Shown: positions 58,250 through 64,000 of the stretch, in pieces | Position numbering within the stretch: position 1 is the stretch's first letter | Layout: the number at the start of each line of letters is the position of its first letter | Assembly (NCBI GenBank): GCA_951406725.2 | Contig: OX597842.1 | Coordinates: 21,638,001-21,702,000 of the forward strand | Length of the DNA stretch: 64,000 nucleotides | Origin: Octopus vulgaris | Taxonomy: Eukaryota | Direction of reading: 5' to 3' | Made by a program: the position numbers and the translations under genes | The notes under the pieces: generated by a model | The model's database searches: none | Seen by the model: the letters and a program-made list of their open reading frames with translations, nothing else | What the model was told of the DNA's origin: nothing

Positions 58250-59693
58250 TTAAATACACAGTATTTTACGTAGGATATGGGCGGTTCCCATTAGCGCTAT
58301 CTTTTGAGTTGCTGCCATTTTGGGGTTTCCTAGTGTCTGAGATAGGTATGATTCAGGCCTTTTGCTATAATTCCTCGGGCAACTATGACAACTGGAATTG
58401 TTTTACTTCCACATTTTGATAATTTTTATTTCAACATCTTTACACTTGCTCAGTTTTGTAGGTTTTGACAGATACTTTTATGTCGATTGGGACAGTTTTA
58501 AATGAGGAGGCATGGTTTTTTCCTGTAGTTTTTCTATATAATGCCTGTTCTATTCGCATCTATCTTTCTGTCACTTTGAATGGCAAGGTTCTAGAGGATA
58601 AGATGCGATCGTCTTCAAGAACTAGAGGGTGTTCGTGTCCCCAACAGATTGTATCATGTGGCACGTCTATGTTTTTGCAAATTAACCACTGAATATGATG
58701 TGCTGCTCAATCATGCCTGTTGAGATATTCTGTATACACATGAAGACTGCACATGGAGACAACATGATCAATGGTTTCATTTTGTTGTTTACATACAAGA
58801 CTACTGCCGTTCTTTAATATGGTAGTTTCTTGTAGGTAGGCCTTGATCTTCAGCTGCTATATTAAACCCGTCTGTGTCAGATTTTAAGCTAGAAGACACT
58901 AAAAATTGATGGGTAATGGCTTTATCCACATCGGTACCATTAGCTCTCATTGGGTATTTGCCATTGAGATGTTTTCTTTGTCATTTATCTGTAAGAATAT
59001 CTAAGTCAGATTCTTTGCACGTACTTTCATTCGCTTAGCTTTTTCTGTGCTTGCTTCTAGTACGTCTAACTCTGGAATTTGTTGTATTTGGAATTCACTT
59101 AGATATTCCTTTGCATGTTTTGTTACTTTGTATGACACTTTCTTGTTTTCGTGCTTTGAGAAAAGTCTTAACATCCAGTCATGAGAGTTGTTTAGGTAGG
59201 TGTCACGGTCAATTGTGGCACTCTCCATTGTTAATTCCAATTGCAAATGTTACGGCCACCCTCTTTTCTTGGCAGGTAAAATCGTTCTACATCTGCCTCA
59301 GTGTGGTGCATTCTATGCATTGTCAACAATTTTCGTATTTTTCTGTTAAGATTACATATTTCAATAATTTACCAGTTAATGATATTGAAACTGTAAGTCA
59401 CGACTTGTATAGTAAAAGTACTGATCACTTAGATCCTGTTTCTTGCATTCAGCTCTGTCTTGAATATTGCTTTTACCCTGTGATAATATTCTATTCTGAT
59501 CCTTTCCCTCATCACTGAATATTTGATCATGTCCACTTCAAATACCGATAAGTACATGTATCTCTCCGCTGGTTCTAATTCCTTTATGACATTCTGCGGG
59601 ATGTTTCTGTCGTTTTTCCTTTGATAAATGTAGCTTTTGCTCATTTATCGAGGTAAAATTGCAACGTGATATCATCAAAGAATTGTTTAGTAT
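58250..59693 (-). mobile_element. R4/Dong-clade relic (U6)
   Basis: ORFs 59429-59644 and 59001-59246. Confidence 0.83.
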
Positions 59694-60726
59694 CTCCCGC
59701 CCAAGACGAAACATTAAAGGACTATATATTTATCCACACGTTTCAGGCATAAATATACATATGACTACATACGCACTTTTCACAATATACCAAAAAGTGA
59801 TGTAGAACACAAAGACTTATGTAAACACACATCGTCACACACAAACACGCTCAACTCACACACACTCACATACATATATATAGAGAGAGTTATATAACGT
59901 GAGTTAGAGAAGGGCAAAAGAAGGTTAAGAAAGAAAGATGGAAAGATATTAAATTTGAGGAAATATATACTCAGGAATATAGTATAAACAAGACTGGTTC
60001 AACTTACAATTCTTCTAAGTTTGGAAGATTTGGAAGCCATCCATTTTCTATTTTCACGATTGCATTATTGGATAGATCTCTGAAAGATAATTCATGAAGA
60101 AAAAACATAGAAGTGATTAGTCATATATTTCAAATATTATGTCCAATGAATTCGCTGCTGAAATAGAAGAAAAGTAAGTAGAAGTGAGACAATTTGGTCA
60201 AGACGATTATGAAAACGATATGTGAAGATTATGAAGATAATATTTATGTATGGCATTGTGTTAAGTGATGATGAAATCGATAATTATTATGATGAGGGCA
60301 TTTGATGGTGATAGATTTGGTAGTGATGAATTTGTTTCGGTCTGAGGGCATTGCATCTGTGGTTTAAGATTATGACTGATAAGGATGATGATGATGGTGA
60401 TCATGACGATGATCATGATGACGATAATGGTGACGACGACTACGAGGACGCAGACCATGATTATGATGACAATATTTACTGATGATGCTCTTGATATTTG
60501 GAATGATGATGAGGAGGAGGATGACGCTGATATACAGGAGTTGAAACTATAACAAAAGAGAAGGATGAGAATAGGAATAAAATTAACGACGAGCAGTTAT
60601 TGATAAATGAGTTAAAAGGGTAAAGAAGACTAAACTAGAACTGGAGACATGTATCTACCTATCTATCTATCTATCCATCTATCTATCTCTCAATCTATCT
60701 ATCTATGTACCTACCTATCTATCTTT

Positions 60727-62758
60727 CACTTTATCAATATATCAATCAATCGCCAGACAGATACGTAAACACATACACACATATACCAATATATATATAT
60801 ATATATGTATATATTTGTTTGTGTCTATATATATATATGTTTGTGTGTGTGTGTGTGTGTGTATGTAACACGTTCATACACGTACTTCTTTCAGTAATTT
60901 GACAATGTCCATGCTAGAGCCTTAATTCGAACGAATCGAGATCAGCATTTATTTGTTGAAAGACTAGCACTTATTCTCTCGGTATCTTTTGCCGAAACAC
61001 TAAGTTACAGGGTGTGTAACACCAACATTGGTTATTAGGTGATCTTGAGGGAACACAAATATATACATAAATCTGTCTATATTTGTGTGTCTGTGCTTGT
61101 GCTAGCACTAGCACTAACCACTTTCCAACACCCAGTCCACAAAACATCATCTACACACCCATACACAGTCATCCGCACACCCACACACTACAGACGCACA
61201 CAGCTACGCACGCATAAATCCACACACCATAGTCATTAGCCCCTATCAACACATACACACACACACACTTACACGTTCTTACATACACAACCGCACGCAC
61301 ACCATTGCTTTGGGATCTCCAATTGTTTATTATCTCCCCGACTCTCTATCTCTCCCGTCAAGCTATGTTTTTCCTAACCAGTTGCCATGCTTGATCCTAA
61401 ATCGACAAGATTCTTAATCACTTTTTGTTCATGTTCTCCTTTCTCTTTCTGTTGAGGAGCATAGGCTCGAAAGTAAAAGAATTTCTCTTTTTCCCGAGCG
61501 TTCAATCTAACACCTGTTTTCGACTTTTAGTTTCCCGTAAATTTAATCTACCGACACGCAAACACACACAGACAGACACACACAAACACACACACACACA
61601 CACACACATCTATATATTAAAAGGATGTGTGTTATAATACTATTCCGCAACCATACCAACAAACCAACATACCTGTATCCTCTGCTACGCCACGGTTACC
61701 ATTATGGTTTCGACACCTGGTCACTACCCTTTAATCCGGCGGTGTCAACAACACTAAAATAAGTGTTGTTTGGGAACAAAGATATCAAAGAAACCACAAA
61801 TTTCAACCACATTTACCCTATGTATAACCGTATCAACAAATAATTCAATAAGTAACAGCGTGAATTCTTTTCAATCATACAAATATTATAATCTCTACCG
61901 TCTTCCGTAGTATGATATGAAAGTAAAACCTTAATGACCACAATAGGGCAATCAGTCGATATATCGGAGGATAAGACACCAACTTCCACAGCATACCTCG
62001 AGACAGGTGTGATCGGACCGAAAGGTCTCATAGAGTGAGAGAGTCCGGAAGTGAATAGTATTAAATTTACGTCTAATATAGGATAAAACTTTCGAAAAAT
62101 GTTATCAATGGCCAGCACGTTAAAAAAATGCCTTTAAAGGTTAAATTTACAAACAACTTATAAACAAGGACAAAAGAAAAATAATCCAATGCTAAATATG
62201 CCGAAATATTACTTAATCGTCAATAACCATATAATTTATCACTATAAGCTCGCGTCTCGAAAGCAAGCCGATAGAATTTTCGAAAACAAATTTCGTTATT
62301 ATCGGATCGATCCCCATTTCTGAGTTAATTCATTTAGAATTTTCTCTTCATTAGTGATAAGAGAATTCTCTAAGAGAATTTTCAGTCCGTTCACACGTGT
62401 CTCGGGGTATGATGCAGAATTTCTATTTTGGATTTATTTGGGGTACTTAAGTGTGCTCATGACTTAGTGTTTACTTCTTCCATAGGTACAAGTAAGAATC
62501 TCATTTATTTTCTAATCGTATTTATCGCTGATGACGAGAACATTCTAAATGAATTAACTCATTAATGAGGATCGATCCGATAATAACGAAATCTTTTTAG
62601 AAATTTCTATCAGCTAGCTTTCGAGACGCGTGCTTATAGTGATAAATTTTATGGTTATCGAGGATTAAGTCTATTTCGGCATATTTAACATTGAATTCTT
62701 TTTCTTTTGCCCTTGTTTATAAGTTGTATATATATATATATATATTATATATATATAT

Positions 62759-62792
<34 letters not shown>

Positions 62793-64000
62793 TTCATGCT
62801 TGTGTGTCAATTTTTCTTGCTGACCTTAAGTCATTTTATCGCTACCTCTTTATTTATTTATAAATAAATTTAAATATTTTCCCCTCCGTTGAAATGCAAA
62901 TCTCTTTATAACACGGAATTCCAACTATAAATTTTGTTGCATTTAAACCGTTCTTTAAATGCACTTCTTTTAAAACTAATGATAGAGTATTATGATTTCG
63001 TTAGTCTTAATATTAACATTGATATTCATGAAATCTACGTCCCATGGAAATTTAAATTGAACTTGATGAAAATTTTGAATGTTGCAGCATAAATTCCAAT
63101 TTCTGTTTGTTTAACCGTGAAAAGAGCTATAAAGAATCAATTAGGATTAGGAAGGTAATAACTTTTCCATATGAACAAGAAGAAATATATGTGAATTTAT
63201 ATATGACTAAATGAAGAGGTAGGGAAAAAGATTTAAGCTCAGGAATACAGATACACACACACACACAAATATGAATTATATACATATAAATTTATATATA
63301 TTTCTACACAGAAACACACTCTAGAGGGAATAAAGGGGCTACCCAATATGCTGCAAGTGGCGCTGCCACCGACGAGATTTACTCTTGTCCGCTTCTCCAA
63401 CGGTAAACACGAGGATTGTTTTCATTTTTGCATGCTTTAATGACAATGTCCGACATATGGGCGAATGAGCGTAGGTGCAACGTGGCAACGGAAAACAATT
63501 TGGTGTTGATGAATCAGGTGAGATGCGTTCTCTTCGATTCTAAGCAGATATTTGCGGCCTTTAGGGAACACTACGTGCATCAGTTTGTGTTGGTTAGTGG
63601 TCCATTGACTATGAAGCTCTTAACCGTCTACGTAGACGGCTTGCAGCAACACTCGAATGAAACTACGCCGTTCTACAAATGGTGGAAAATTGTTGCGGTA
63701 TTCGAGATGCCGAGTTAGATGTCGCCATGGCTTGAGGATCAGCCTTACGCAGTTTAAAATGATTTGTCATAAATAGCAGTGAGTGCAATGGCAAGTGTAT
63801 ACAACAAAGGGAAGAAGAACGAGATGATTCTTAGCCCTGATAAAAGGTGGGGGTCACGGCAATGTTGAGAAAGAACTCGAAAAAAATGTAATTGATAATA
63901 ATTTGAGACCTGTAATTAGGCTAAATGCCGAAGATTCCATATCAAAATCATCTAAGCACAACAGGTTCCTGCTTGCACAGTACATCACAGACAGAATGAG
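60727..64000 (+). repeat. Tandem array unit U7 (runs off the window; lacks Helitron)
   Basis: Colinear with U1 and U6; old Tx1 relic starts at ~63448. Confidence 0.88.
62154..62726. mobile_element. Foldback/MITE-like element (U7)
   Basis: CAACTTATAAACAAGG...CCTTGTTTATAAGTTG. Confidence 0.82.

Overview
AT-rich, microsatellite-dense eukaryotic DNA; the repeat families look like octopus/cephalopod ones (recalled, not searched). I see no host gene, rRNA, tRNA or CRISPR. The whole window is a head-to-tail array of about 7 diverged copies of a ~9.5-10 kb unit built from transposon fossils. In order, each unit carries: a minus-strand SINE relic, a Penelope-type terminal relic with a degenerate hammerhead motif, a long-TIR foldback MITE, a non-autonomous Helitron with a nested SINE, a heavily decayed Tx1 ORF2, two R4/Dong-clade relics, a GAT-rich tract and a (TATC)n tract. 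A younger ~5.8 kb Tx1-clade LINE (ORF1 with CCHC knuckle; ORF2 with APE endonuclease, RT and CCHC) occurs four times. Every natural end of it abuts (TATC)n, there is no poly-A, and empty sites are visible in sister units. One copy comes from a different source lineage (synonymous-biased divergence). It is 3'-truncated, has ~190 bp of (TATC)n at its 5' end, and is flanked by an 11-bp direct repeat. This suggests a GATA-microsatellite-associated Tx1 family that can carry the microsatellite to new sites. All alignments were done by eye.
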